Shown in pieces: positions 36,495-47,200 of a DNA stretch of 64,000 nt. Origin of the DNA: Elusimicrobiota bacterium (GTDB lineage: Bacteria; Elusimicrobiota; Elusimicrobia; F11); assembly GCA_044221725.1 (NCBI GenBank), contig JBGAON010000002.1:64001-128000 (forward strand). Direction: 5' to 3'. The position numbers and the translations under genes are program-made. Each line of letters begins with the position of its first letter. Positions within the stretch are counted from its first letter, which is position 1. Below the pieces are notes generated by a model that saw only the letters and a list, made by a program, of their open reading frames with translations, searched no databases and was not told the DNA's origin.

Positions 36495-38113
36495 CGGGTC
36501 AGCCCATCGGATATTTGGCGCTTGTTCTTCATGCGCACCTGCCTTTTATTCGCCATCCTGAATTTCCGGATTTCCTCGAAGAAGATTGGTTTTTTGAAGG
36601 TGTAACCGAGACGTACGTGCCGCTTTTGTCCCGGTTTGAGCAAATGCGTTCCGAGGGGCTGACGTTCCGTGTCACCATGAGTGTTACGCCGCCGCTCGCA
36701 ACGATGATGGAAGACGGGCTTTTGCGGGGACGGCTATCGCAATACATCGACAAACGGATCGAGTTACTGGAGAAAGAAATCAAAACAAACCGGGGGTCGC
36801 ATGTTGAAATGCTGGCCCGTCACTATCTCGCTAATTTCACAAACGCGAAGGATTTCGTTTTCCATCGTCACGGTGGGCGTCTGCTTAACAGTTTTCGAAG
36901 TCTCCAAGATTCCGGGCACTTGGAACTCATCACGTGCACAGCGACGCACGGGTTTTTGCCGCTCATGAAACCAACGAGCGCGCTGCGTTCGCAAGTGCAA
37001 ACGGCCGTGCGCGCGCACGAGGGCTTTTTTGGACGCAAGCCGCGTGGCATTTGGCTCGCCGAGTGCGGTTACGACGACCGTGTCGATGCCATTCTTGCGG
37101 AAGCCGGCATCGAATATTTTTTTCTCGATTCGCACGGCATTGTGTTCGGTGACCCGCAGCCGGTTTACGGCGTGTACGCGCCGGTTGTGACCGAGCGCGG
37201 CGTGAGCGCGTTTGCGCGCGATCCGGAATCGAGCAAACAGGTTTGGAGTCAAAAGGAAGGGTATCCAGGGGATTTTGTTTATCGTGAATTCTACCGGGAT
37301 CTCGGTTACGACGCGGATTTGGATTACATCAAGCCCTATTTGCATTCGGACGGCGTGCGACGCGGAATTGGAATTAAATATCACTCGATCACCGGCGCAA
37401 ACGTCGATCTGTCTCAGAAACGATACTACGATCCGCACAAAGCGCGCGAAAAAACCGCCGAGCATGCGGGCAACTTTATGTTCAACCGGCAACACCAAGT
37501 CCGTCACCTTAATATGAAAACCGACGCTCCGCCAATCATCATCTCGCCGTACGATGCAGAGTTGTTTGGCCATTGGTGGTACGAAGGGCCGGACTTTTTG
37601 GAGTTTTTAATTCGAAAAATTTCGCACGACCAAAATGAAATAGAACTTATCACGTGCGGCGATTATTTGGATCGCCATGCGGTGCGGCAATTGCAAAAAC
37701 CCAATCCGTCCACGTGGGGTTCCGAAGGTCACAACCTTGTTTGGTTGAACGGCGGAAATTCTTGGATTTATCGCCATCAGCATTGGGCCGAAGAAAAGAT
37801 GGAAGAGTTGGCTCAGCGGTTCGAACACGCGGAGGGGGATTTGCGGCGCGCTCTTAATCAGATGATGCGTGAATTGCTTTTGATGCAATCAAGCGACTGG
37901 GCGTTTATCATGACGACCGGAACGACGGTACCCTACGCCACGAAGCGATTCCGGGAACATTTGGACCGCTTCCGCCAAATTGCCGAACAGATTGAGCACG
38001 TGCGGCTCGATATGAGTTTTGTTCAATTCTGCGAGGAGCGCGACTGCATTTTCCCACGGGCCGATTTTCGCACTGCCATCCCGCGAAATTCGCCCACCCC
38101 AGTTTTCCTTTGA
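36491..38113 (+). CDS. GH57 1,4-alpha-glucan branching enzyme (DUF1957)
   Basis: 'LVLHAHLPF', 'ETYVPL', 'ATHGFLP', 'WLAECGY', 'PYDAELFGHWWYEGP', 'QSSDWAFIM'; ATGA overlap with the upstream gene. Confidence 0.93.
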   Translation: MTGQPIGYLALVLHAHLPFIRHPEFPDFLEEDWFFEGVTETYVPLLSRFEQMRSEGLTFRVTMSVTPPLATMMEDGLLRGRLSQYIDKRIELLEKEIKTNRGSHVEMLARHYLANFTNAKDFVFHRHGGRLLNSFRSLQDSGHLELITCTATHGFLPLMKPTSALRSQVQTAVRAHEGFFGRKPRGIWLAECGYDDRVDAILAEAGIEYFFLDSHGIVFGDPQPVYGVYAPVVTERGVSAFARDPESSKQVWSQKEGYPGDFVYREFYRDLGYDADLDYIKPYLHSDGVRRGIGIKYHSITGANVDLSQKRYYDPHKAREKTAEHAGNFMFNRQHQVRHLNMKTDAPPIIISPYDAELFGHWWYEGPDFLEFLIRKISHDQNEIELITCGDYLDRHAVRQLQKPNPSTWGSEGHNLVWLNGGNSWIYRHQHWAEEKMEELAQRFEHAEGDLRRALNQMMRELLLMQSSDWAFIMTTGTTVPYATKRFREHLDRFRQIAEQIEHVRLDMSFVQFCEERDCIFPRADFRTAIPRNSPTPVFL

Positions 38114-38157
38114 CTTCGTCGCGCTGGAATGTTGTTATCCAGCGCTCACTTTGAAAT

Positions 38158-38198
38158 AAAAAACCCCCGATCAGCTTTCTGATCGGGGGTTTTCTTTT
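38158..38198. terminator. Bidirectional intrinsic terminator
   Basis: AAAAAA-CCCCCGATCAG-cttt-CTGATCGGGGG-TTTTCTTTT between the convergent GH57 and glnA genes. Confidence 0.9.
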
Positions 38199-38239
38199 AA
38201 ATGGATCCTGGCCAACGACGTGCCAGGATGACGGCATTC

Positions 38240-40417
38240 TTATAGTTTGAACAGCATCTCCGCGTAGGACGGAACCGGCCATTTGTCGGCTGGGACCAGC
38301 GTTTCAATCGCATCGATGTCCGCGCGCAGCGCGTTTGCTGCTGGCACCACTTCGTCGCGATAGGTTTCCGCTTTGTCTTTCGCTTCTTTCTCGCCCTGCG
38401 CTTTCTTCGTGAGCGATTCAAGCGTCGCGAGTTTCTTCGACGCGGATTCAAGCAGGTCGTTCACTTGGTCGAGCAAGTCTTTCTGGACTTTGTTCGATGC
38501 GCCGGCCGCTTTGAGAGCAGCCACGCTGTTCGCAAGATCGGTCGTGTAGCTGACGATTGCTGGAATATACTGATTTTTCACCATCGCAATCGCTGCTTGG
38601 GCTTCAATATTGATGTTCTTCGCGTATATTTCCAAATAGACTTCGTAACGCGAGTGCAATTCGTCACCGGAAAGAACTTTGTATTTCTCGAACAGGCGGA
38701 TCGCATCTTTGTTCGCCATGTAGCCAACGGCTTCAACCGTTGACTTAATATTCGGCAATCCACGTTTCTTCGCTTCGGCGACCCATTCATCGGTGTAACC
38801 GTTGCCATTGAAGATCACGCGGCCGTGTTCGTTCACGGCTTCTTTCACGATCGCGGCGGCTTCTTTGTTCACATCTTTCGCTTTTTCGAGGCGCGTTGCG
38901 ATTTCGTCTAATGATTCAGCGACGATCACGTTCAAAACCGTGTTCGGTCCAGCGATCGAAGCGGACGACGGCACCATGCGGAATTCGAATTTGTTTCCGG
39001 TGAAAGCAAACGGCGAGGTGCGGTTTCTGTCGGTGTTATCTTTTGGAAGCGCCGGCAACGAATCCACACCGATGTTCAGGTAATGTTGGCCTTTTGATTT
39101 CGCTTCTTTGCCTTTGCCCAAGCTCGTCAAGATGTCCGTCAATTCTTCGCCCATGAACACCGAGATGATGGCGGGAGGTGCTTCGTTCGCGCCCAAGCGG
39201 AGATCATTTCCTGTGTTTGCGGCACCGGCGCGGAGTTTGTCCGCGTGTTTGTCGACGGCGTTGATCACGGCGGCAACGAAAACCAAAAATTGTTCGTTGT
39301 CGTGGGGAGTTTTGCCCGGTTCGAGCAGGTTCAAGCCATCATCGGTGGCCAACGACCAGTTGTTGTGTTTGCCGGATCCGTTCACGCCTGCGAACGGTTT
39401 TTCGTGCAGCAAGCACACGAGGTCATGGCGGAGCGCCACTTTCTGCATCGTTTCCATCACGAGTTGGTTGTGATCGGTGGCAATGTTTGTGGTCGAGAAG
39501 ATGGGGGCCATTTCGTATTGCGCTGGTGCCACTTCGTTGTGTTTGGTTTTTGAAAGCACGCCCATTTTCCACAGCTCGGTATCCAAGTCTTTCATGAAGG
39601 CGGAGATGCGGTCTTTGATCGCGCCGAAATATTGGTCTTCGAGCTCTTGTCCTTTCGGGGCTGGTGCGCCGAACAACGTGCGGCCCGAGGTGATGAGATC
39701 GAGGCGTTGGTCGTAATATTTTTTATCGATCAAGAAGTATTCTTGTTCCGGACCGACCGTTGCGGTGATACGCTTCGAGGTGGTGTTGCCAAGCGCGCGG
39801 AGAACGCGGAGCGCTTGTTTCGAAACGGCTTCCATGGAACGGAGAAGAGGGGTTTTCTTGTCGAGCGCTTCGCCGGTGTACGAGCAGAACGCCGTTGGAA
39901 TAGTGAGAGTGACGTTACCGGCCGCATCTTCTTTCAAGAAGGCGGGAGAGGTGCAATCCCAAGCGGTATAACCACGCGCTTCGAATGTTGCTCGAAGGCC
40001 GCCCGACGGGAACGAAGAAGCGTCTGGCTCCCCTTGAATAAGTTGTTTGCCCGAGAATTCCATCACGATTCCGCCGTCCGGTGTGGGAGCGATGAACGAA
40101 TCATGTTTTTCGGCGGTTTTGCCGGTCAACGGTTGGAACCAGTGTGTGTAGTGCGTGGCTCCTTTTTCGATGGCCCAATCTTTCATCGCGTTCGCGACGA
40201 CATTGGCCACTTCCAGCGTCAGCGGCGTTCCGCTTTCGATGGTTTGTTTCAAAGCTTTGTAGGTGTCTTTCGGAAGCCGCTCTTTCATAACGCGATCGTT
40301 GAAAACATTGGATCCGAATACGTCGGTCACATCATCATGGTTTGCTTTTGTCATTCGTGCCTTCCATTGCTTGCCATTCGTGGTGCTTGCTTTAAGAATT
40401 TCCTGTAGCGCGGCCAT
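38240..40417 (-). CDS. glnA: Glutamine synthetase type III
   Basis: 725 aa; '[19 protein letters not shown]', '[25 protein letters not shown]', '[18 protein letters not shown]', '[18 protein letters not shown]'. Confidence 0.96.
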   Translation of the reverse strand: MAALQEILKASTTNGKQWKARMTKANHDDVTDVFGSNVFNDRVMKERLPKDTYKALKQTIESGTPLTLEVANVVANAMKDWAIEKGATHYTHWFQPLTGKTAEKHDSFIAPTPDGGIVMEFSGKQLIQGEPDASSFPSGGLRATFEARGYTAWDCTSPAFLKEDAAGNVTLTIPTAFCSYTGEALDKKTPLLRSMEAVSKQALRVLRALGNTTSKRITATVGPEQEYFLIDKKYYDQRLDLITSGRTLFGAPAPKGQELEDQYFGAIKDRISAFMKDLDTELWKMGVLSKTKHNEVAPAQYEMAPIFSTTNIATDHNQLVMETMQKVALRHDLVCLLHEKPFAGVNGSGKHNNWSLATDDGLNLLEPGKTPHDNEQFLVFVAAVINAVDKHADKLRAGAANTGNDLRLGANEAPPAIISVFMGEELTDILTSLGKGKEAKSKGQHYLNIGVDSLPALPKDNTDRNRTSPFAFTGNKFEFRMVPSSASIAGPNTVLNVIVAESLDEIATRLEKAKDVNKEAAAIVKEAVNEHGRVIFNGNGYTDEWVAEAKKRGLPNIKSTVEAVGYMANKDAIRLFEKYKVLSGDELHSRYEVYLEIYAKNINIEAQAAIAMVKNQYIPAIVSYTTDLANSVAALKAAGASNKVQKDLLDQVNDLLESASKKLATLESLTKKAQGEKEAKDKAETYRDEVVPAANALRADIDAIETLVPADKWPVPSYAEMLFKL

Positions 40418-40447
40418 AGTATCCTCTCTTTTTCTGAATTTTTTGGC

Positions 40448-40517
40448 AAAAAAAAACCTTCCCCAGGGAAGTCCCTTGGAGAAGGCGCCATTGCCTTAAT
40501 CCGCATCGGTTATGATG
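40448..40517 (-). promoter_or_regulatory. glnA leader: ANTAR-type hairpins overlapping an intrinsic terminator
   Basis: Minus strand reads CAUC-AUAACC-GAUG, 7 nt, AGGC-AAUGGC-GCCU, which overlaps terminator CCUUCUCCAAGGG-ACUU-CCCUGGGGAAGG-U9. TTGACA lies at 40558-40553. Confidence 0.7.
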
Positions 40518-40617
40518 TGAACAGCGCTTCACTACCAAAGTGCGAGGGGCCGTGTCAAGTTTTGTATTGGTGCCCCGGATCATATATTGTGAAATCTCAT
40601 TAGAAATCGGAGTTCCT

Positions 40618-40959
40618 ATGACAGATAAATCGATGTTCAGCCACCCGCTTGTTAAAAGCATCCTCGGAATTGCTGTTCCTGCTTTCTTTGCCTTGTATGG
40701 TACCGCATGTATTTTCTCGCTAAGCGGTGTGCGATTTAGCCGGATCGGAGGAGTCGTTACCGTTAACGGCCTTGGTGCGGTTGTGGTGGGTGTATTGGAC
40801 TGGGGATTCGCCATGCTTTTGCACGCTCTTTTTTTTCAGATTCATCGCAGTAAATATCCGAGGTTGTTGGTGCGATTCCTTATTATTGCACCAACTTTAA
40901 TAATCATGGCTTTTGCAATCTATGGGTTACTAGGTGGTTTCATTTTAGCGGTCCGGTAA
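40618..40959 (+). CDS. Hypothetical membrane protein (about 3 TM helices)
   Basis: ATG at 40618 with GGAG upstream; three hydrophobic stretches; no recognised family. Confidence 0.6.
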   Translation: MTDKSMFSHPLVKSILGIAVPAFFALYGTACIFSLSGVRFSRIGGVVTVNGLGAVVVGVLDWGFAMLLHALFFQIHRSKYPRLLVRFLIIAPTLIIMAFAIYGLLGGFILAVR

Positions 40960-41071
40960 AACGTCGGTCGACCTTTAGGAATATGACCATGACGTTTTTA
41001 TTGACGCAAAGATGATATTTTAAATGGACGTTTTTTATTTGCGCTGTTTTTTGCTTTACTCGATACATCAG

Positions 41072-41212
41072 TTCTTAGGTGCCTGCCAAAGTAACCTTGG
41101 TGGGAGAATAGGGAATCCCGTGAAATCATTTGGTTTTTCAATGCGAATCGGGAGCTGTCCCGCAACTGTAAGCGATGGCAAAACATCGCAAGCCAGGAGA
41201 CCTGCCTAGGAA
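41072..41212 (+). ncRNA. Cobalamin (B12) riboswitch
   Basis: Closing stem TTCTTAGG/CCTAGGAA; conserved AGGTGC, AATAGGGAA, GCTGTCCCGCAACTGT and B12 box AGCCAGGAGACCTGCC; upstream of btuB-cobO. Confidence 0.95.
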
Positions 41213-41273
41213 GAGGGCGATCGTTTGTTCGAGGTTAATGAACGATGGGTATGACCAATTCGCTTGGTTTCAT

Positions 41274-41309
41274 CCTCAGGCTCTCGTAGGGCCTGGGGTT
41301 TTCTTTTTT
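41274..41309 (+). terminator. Intrinsic terminator of the riboswitch expression platform
   Basis: CCTCAGGCTCT-cgt-AGGGCCTGGGG followed by TTTTCTTTTTT, between the aptamer and the btuB RBS. Confidence 0.75.
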
Positions 41310-41352
41310 ACGGACGCTCCTTCCACCTGAAATTTCTATCAGGAGAAGAAAT

Positions 41353-43248
41353 ATGAAGCGGTTGTTCTGGGTGTTTGCAGCAGTTCTGTTGTTTGTCCTT
41401 CCTATTATTAAGGCCGAAAATACCGATGAGAGTTCCGATCCGGCGTTTGTGTCATTAACGCGCGAGGCCACGCCGATGTCGAAATTGCCGACCAATATTT
41501 CGGTGTTTACGGCGCAACAGATAAAGGATTCCGGTGCCAACAGCGTCGCCGAGGTTTTGTCGCTGTTGCCGGGTATTGACGTTCAACGCGGAGGAGAATT
41601 GGGATCGCTCGCGTCGGTGCGCATTCGTGGCGTGCCCGATTCGAATCAGGTTCAGATTCTTGTTGATGATCAGCCGCTCGGCGGGGTGTCGATTCAATCC
41701 GTCAACATCGGCATCATTCCGGTCGACAACATTGAGCGCATCGAAGTGGTGCGCGGCAGCTCACCAGGTTTGTACGGCGCGAATACGATCGGCGGTGTGA
41801 TCCACATCATTACGAAGAAAAAAACCACGGAGGCCGAAGCGAAATTTGGTTTTGAAGGTCGCTCCTACAAAACCAAAATCAACGCCGCGCAGGTCTCGGG
41901 TAAAGCATCGCTGCTCGATTATTTCGTGACAGCCAATCACTACGAAACGGAAGGCTACCAAGTGAATGGCGACGTGAACGACACGAACGTCACGACCAAT
42001 ATCGGCAGCTCGTTTGATAACGGTGCGCGTGTGGACTTGGCCCTCGACTTCACCCAGCATGAATTGGGCACGCCGAACGGAACGCCTGTGGCGTTTGATC
42101 AATGGAATGGAGAAACAGAACGCGCGCAGGTGAACACACCAACGCAGCGTGTCGAAGACAACCTGCACAAAGCGCGACTTAAGGGAAGGATGCCCCTCGG
42201 TTCTGGCGCGCAGGTCGAAACGAATTTCTTTAATTTGGACGAATCCTATGCGCTCCGATCGGCCCCGGACACCACGCCGTTCGCGGAATTTCACAACACG
42301 ATACTTGGAAACGATACGCGCGTGGCGTTTGTGAACGGTTTGATTCTCGGCGGCGCGTACGAGTGGGATGGGCGCGATTCGCAGGGGCAAGCCTCGCACA
42401 ATATTTCCAATTGGGGCGGATACGCACAGGACGAATTTCACCTCAGTAAATTGAGCGTGATGCCCGCGTTGCGATACGATCAACAGTCAACATTTGGCCA
42501 TCAGTGGAATCCGCGGTTGGCATTGGTTTATCAGGCGCAGGAAAATTGGAAAATTTCCGCGAACGCCGCGCGCGCGTACCGCGCGCCAACGCTGGTGAAC
42601 TTGTACATCGATGCGCGCGACCCGCTTTTCCCCGCGTTTGATTTCGTAGGAAATCCAAACCTTCAGCCGGAAACCGCGTGGACGTACGATCTCGGTACCG
42701 AAGTGCGAGCGCACGGTATGAAATTTGGCGTGTCGGGGTATTACACGAAAATAAAAGACCGCATTGCGACGGTGGACACCGACGGAAACGGCAACGACGA
42801 CACGTATCAAAATGCGTCGCGAGCCGAATTGGCCGGCGCTGAAGTGGATGTTTCCGCTCAAACGGGTTTCATCACGCACGAATTGAACGGTACGTTTCAG
42901 CGCGCAAAAGGAAATTCGACGACATCCACGGAGTACGTGAATCTGCGCTTGACGCCGAAATTCATTGGAAATTATCGACTGATTGCGCGTTTGCCAGCGG
43001 GGGCCCGCTTCATCAATACGTTGCAATATTCGGGCAAGCAGTTCCAAAATGACAACGATGGCGGCAAAGAATTACCATCGTACACACTTTGGAACATACG
43101 TCTTGAAGAAAAGATAAAAGCACTCACAATGTTTGCTGGAGTGAACAATATTACCGATAAGCTTTACGCCGAGTCGTTTACGTTTGGAACCCCCGTTCCT
43201 CAGGCAACGCGCAATTATGTCGCCGGCGCGACCTTGGCGTTTCGTTAA
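41353..43248 (+). CDS. btuB: TonB-dependent receptor, BtuB-like (cobalamin uptake)
   Basis: Signal peptide; plug 'IERIEVVRGSSPGLYGANTIGGVIHIITK'; 'GNPNLQPE', 'NNITDKLY'; barrel ending in F; under a B12 riboswitch. Confidence 0.88.
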   Translation: MKRLFWVFAAVLLFVLPIIKAENTDESSDPAFVSLTREATPMSKLPTNISVFTAQQIKDSGANSVAEVLSLLPGIDVQRGGELGSLASVRIRGVPDSNQVQILVDDQPLGGVSIQSVNIGIIPVDNIERIEVVRGSSPGLYGANTIGGVIHIITKKKTTEAEAKFGFEGRSYKTKINAAQVSGKASLLDYFVTANHYETEGYQVNGDVNDTNVTTNIGSSFDNGARVDLALDFTQHELGTPNGTPVAFDQWNGETERAQVNTPTQRVEDNLHKARLKGRMPLGSGAQVETNFFNLDESYALRSAPDTTPFAEFHNTILGNDTRVAFVNGLILGGAYEWDGRDSQGQASHNISNWGGYAQDEFHLSKLSVMPALRYDQQSTFGHQWNPRLALVYQAQENWKISANAARAYRAPTLVNLYIDARDPLFPAFDFVGNPNLQPETAWTYDLGTEVRAHGMKFGVSGYYTKIKDRIATVDTDGNGNDDTYQNASRAELAGAEVDVSAQTGFITHELNGTFQRAKGNSTTSTEYVNLRLTPKFIGNYRLIARLPAGARFINTLQYSGKQFQNDNDGGKELPSYTLWNIRLEEKIKALTMFAGVNNITDKLYAESFTFGTPVPQATRNYVAGATLAFR

Positions 43249-43251
43249 TTC

Positions 43252-43821
43252 ATGAAAGACGTCGCCCCGCGAACATTTAAGGGGCCCGACAAGCGTATTA
43301 AGAAGGGCCTCCTTATTATTTATACGGGAAACGGCAAGGGCAAATCCACGGCCGCTTTTGGGGCCGCGTTCCGATCTCTCGGGCGCGGCTTCAAGGTGGC
43401 GGTAGTCCAGTTCATCAAAGGATCGTGGGTGTCGGGCGAGATCAAATCGCTTGAAAAATTTGGCAAGCAGGTGGATTATTTTGCGGTGGGGGAAGGTTTC
43501 ACCTGGGAAACCAAGAGTCTTGAGAAAGATATGGCTTTGGCCCGGAAAGGTTGGGACAAATGCAAAGAGTTTCTCGAGGCGGGCCAACACGATGTGTATC
43601 TTTTTGATGAGCTGATTTATGTTCTCAAATACAATTTCCTGTACGTTGACGACGTGCGGCGTACCATTCAGAAGCTGCGTCCCAAAAATGCGCATGTGAT
43701 CCTGACGGGCCGTGATGCCCCCGCGGAGCTCGTGGATGACGCGGATCTCGTAACAGAAATGCGCGAAGTGAAACATCCGTATCAGAAAGGAATAATGGCG
43801 CAACCCGGGATTGATTACTAG
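43252..43821 (+). CDS. cobO: Cob(I)yrinic acid a,c-diamide adenosyltransferase (CobO/BtuR)
   Basis: 'YTGNGKGKSTAAFG', 'QFIKG', 'GEGFTW', 'LTGR', 'ADLVTEM..VKHPY', 'GIDY'. Confidence 0.95.
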   Translation: MKDVAPRTFKGPDKRIKKGLLIIYTGNGKGKSTAAFGAAFRSLGRGFKVAVVQFIKGSWVSGEIKSLEKFGKQVDYFAVGEGFTWETKSLEKDMALARKGWDKCKEFLEAGQHDVYLFDELIYVLKYNFLYVDDVRRTIQKLRPKNAHVILTGRDAPAELVDDADLVTEMREVKHPYQKGIMAQPGIDY

Positions 43822-43870
43822 ATAGGCAATCGGCTATCATTCGCTCTTAATTGATTTTTTGGAGGATTTG

Positions 43871-44188
43871 ATGGCTTCGGACGCGACGCACAAGTGTGGT
43901 TGGACAACAAACCCGGCAGACAAATATTGCCGCGGTTGCGGAGAACGGATTTTCAAATCCACACGCGAATACGGTGAAATTACGGCCGAAATGGAAGCGC
44001 TTAAAACGATGGCGATGGAAAAGCCGCACCCGGCGTTTGGCGCTATCGCAATGATGATTTTCAATATTCTGTCGTGGTCCTCCGGAGACAGCCAAGTCCG
44101 CCCCACGGAGCTTCTTAAGCAGATGGAAAAAATGGCGGACCGTATGCCGGGAGGATGGGGATTCCCGCCGTCCGGGCCAAATCCTTAA
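43871..44188 (+). CDS. Small hypothetical protein with N-terminal zinc-ribbon-like motif
   Basis: GGAGG RBS; 'HKCG...YCRGCG'. Confidence 0.65.
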   Translation: MASDATHKCGWTTNPADKYCRGCGERIFKSTREYGEITAEMEALKTMAMEKPHPAFGAIAMMIFNILSWSSGDSQVRPTELLKQMEKMADRMPGGWGFPPSGPNP

Positions 44189-44244
44189 AGACTTTCCTTC
44201 CAACGGTCAACCCTAATCTGAATCCCGCGAATTAAAGGACAATC

Positions 44245-47200
44245 ATGAAACCCAAATTCACCGCACAAGGCGAAAGTTTTGTTATTGATCATTACAACTC
44301 CGCCGCGCCGTTTTCTAACTTTCTTCCAGCGCTCGCCGGTTTAACCGGCAAACCAATGTGGGTGTTCTTTACGAACCGCGGGCAAGGTATCGCTGGCTTT
44401 GGTGTGAACAACAAAGATGGCGCCATGATGGAATTTCTCGCGGCCAATAAAGCGTATCAAGCCACTCCGCTCGTGGGTTTTCGCACATTTATCCAATCCG
44501 GCAACGGAAAATCGGCGGTTTACGAGCCATTCTCGATCGAATCAAGCGCACGTCACCATCAGTCCATGGTATCCCGCCCGTACGAAGTCGAATTCCGTGA
44601 GAAGAATGCAGAGTTGGGAATTGAAGTGACCGTAACATACTTTGGGGTTCCAAACGAAAACTGTGCGGTGCTCGCTCGATCGTTGACTATCAAAAACATC
44701 GGAAACAAAACACTCTCACTAAATGTGGTTGATGGGATGCCGCGCATCGTTCCTTTCGGCATGAACGATTTCCTGGTGAAAAACATGAGCCGCACAATCG
44801 AAGCGTTTGCGGAAGTTGTGAATCTGAAAGCGAACGTGCCGCTGTTCAAGTTGAAGATTGAACCGAGCGATCGGCCGGAAATCAAGTTCCTTGATAGCGG
44901 ATTTTTCGCGTTTTCTCTTTTCGATGAGGACTTTCTGGCGCCGATCGTGGACCCATCGCTTGTGTTCGGGTCCGACACGTCGTTTCAAAAAACATTGGAA
45001 TCACTGGACCGTGTAAAGCCGAGCCCCAAGCAACTCACGTCAAACATTATGCCGTCGGCATTTTTTTCGAACGCTACAAACATCGCGGCGAAACAATCTC
45101 GGACATGGACGTCCTTCTACGGGTACGTCGAGAGCGTGGCCGAAGCGAATCATTATGCGGTGTCCGTGAAATCACAGAAAAATTATTTTGATTCGAAGCG
45201 CGCCGAAATGAAACAAGTATATGTCGATCTCGTTGGGAATTTTGGATTCACAAGCGGAAACGAAACGCTTAACCAATACGCTTCCACCACGTTCATGGAC
45301 AACGTGCTACGCGGTGGACTTCCGGCTATTTTTGGTCCACCACCGGCCGCGCCAACGTTGAGCCCGCATGTGGCCCACGTGTTCGCGCGCAAGCACGGCG
45401 ACATGGAACGGGATTACAATAACTTCCAAGTGTCGGCGACGGCCTATTCGCAAGGGAACGGAAATTTCCGCGACGTGAATCAAAACAGACGCAACGATTT
45501 GCTGGTAAATCCAAAAGTTGGCACCGCAAACCTTGAAATGTTTTTCAACATGCTTCAGTTGGATGGCTTTAATCCGCTTGTGGTGAACCCCGTTCGGTTT
45601 TCGGTTCCGAAAGATATTTTGAATCGCCTCGATCTCAACATGACGGATCGTGCGCGAGCTGATTATGTGGCGCTTATCCGCCAACCGGCGCTCATCGGGC
45701 AAATTTACGAATTCATTCGCCGGTATTCGGTGGACCCGTTGAACGTGAACAACCAGTTCCGCGATGTCATGAATATTTCCACGCCGCATCAGGGCGTCCA
45801 GCACGGCGAAGGTTTCTGGATTGATCACTGGATTTACAACTTGGATCATCTTGATTTGTTTGTCGCCATGTTCCCGGAAAAAAAGAAATGGCTGTTCTAT
45901 GAGAAGAACGATTTCACGTTTTATGATTCCGATCACTTCGTTCGTCCGCGGCGCGAGAAATACATTCTTACGTCCGACAAAAAAATTCGCCAATACGGCG
46001 CTGTTGTAGAAAGTCCGCAAAAGGCGGAGCTCATCAAGGCGCGTCTCACGCAGCCGAACAAAGTTCGGACGGAAAACGGCCAGGGCGACATTCTTCAAGT
46101 AAATTTCTTTACGAAGTTGTTGGCGTTGGCCACCGTAAAGGCAAGCTCGCTCGATCCGCATGGCGTCGGTCTTGAAATGGAGGCAGACAAGCCGGGATGG
46201 TGCGATGCTCTGAATGGTTTGCCGGGAATTATCGGCTCTTCGTCACACGAAATGTTCGAGCTGCATCGCCTTGTGAAATTTATCATCGATGAGGTTTTGC
46301 CGTTGTCGGAAAATAAAGCCGTGGATATTCCATCCGAACTGTATTCGTTCTTGCGCGAAGTTCACGAGGGGCTCGAGCTTTATGATGGGAAGGATTTCGT
46401 TCCCGTATGGGACCGTCTGTCCACCGCACGTGAGGATTTTCGTGCGCGTACGTTCATGGGAATGTCGGGCAAAACGCGCAATATTCGCGTGTTGGAGCTG
46501 AAGAACTTTTTAACTGTCGTTTCGACGGCGCTTTCGCGCGCTGAAAAGAAAGCCATGGATCCCGAAACGGGAATTCCGACGTCGTATTTCTATTACGACG
46601 TTGACGGGTCCGATCTCGGCGATGGCTGGCGTCATTCGTTAGCAACTATCGTGTGGAAGCAGCATCGTTTGCCGCCGTTCCTCGAAGGCGCCGTGCACGC
46701 GATGAAAACACTGAAGCCCGGTGATGCGCGCAAACTGTACAACGCGGTCAAAAAATCGGAACTGTATGACCGCGAAGTAAAAATGTACCGCCTAAACGCG
46801 CCGCTGACAAACGAGACGACGGAACTTGGCCGTGTGTGCGTTTTCTCTCCGGGCTGGCTCGAGAACGAATCGATTTTCTTGCACATGCACTACAAGTATT
46901 TGCTGGAACTGTTGCGTGCGGGAATGACCGATACGTTTTTCCGCGAAATTGAAACCGGTTGGATCGCGTTCCACAATCCGGAAGTTTATGGGCGCTCGAT
47001 CTATGAAAATTCTTCATTCATTGCGAGCTCGGCTTTTCCAAACGCCGAGTATCATGGTCGCGGGTATGTTGCCCGTTTATCCGGAGCAACGTCCGAATTT
47101 TTGAGCATGACCTACATCCTTGTGTTCGGACAGAAAATGTTTAAGACGATCGATAGCGAAGTCGTGTTCTCTCCGGATCCCACGCTTCCGAAAGACTGGT

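Noticed and set aside
41238..41330. 30-codon uORF across the riboswitch terminator
   Set aside because: SD-to-ATG spacing is only 3 nt, and the riboswitch plus terminator already explain the region.
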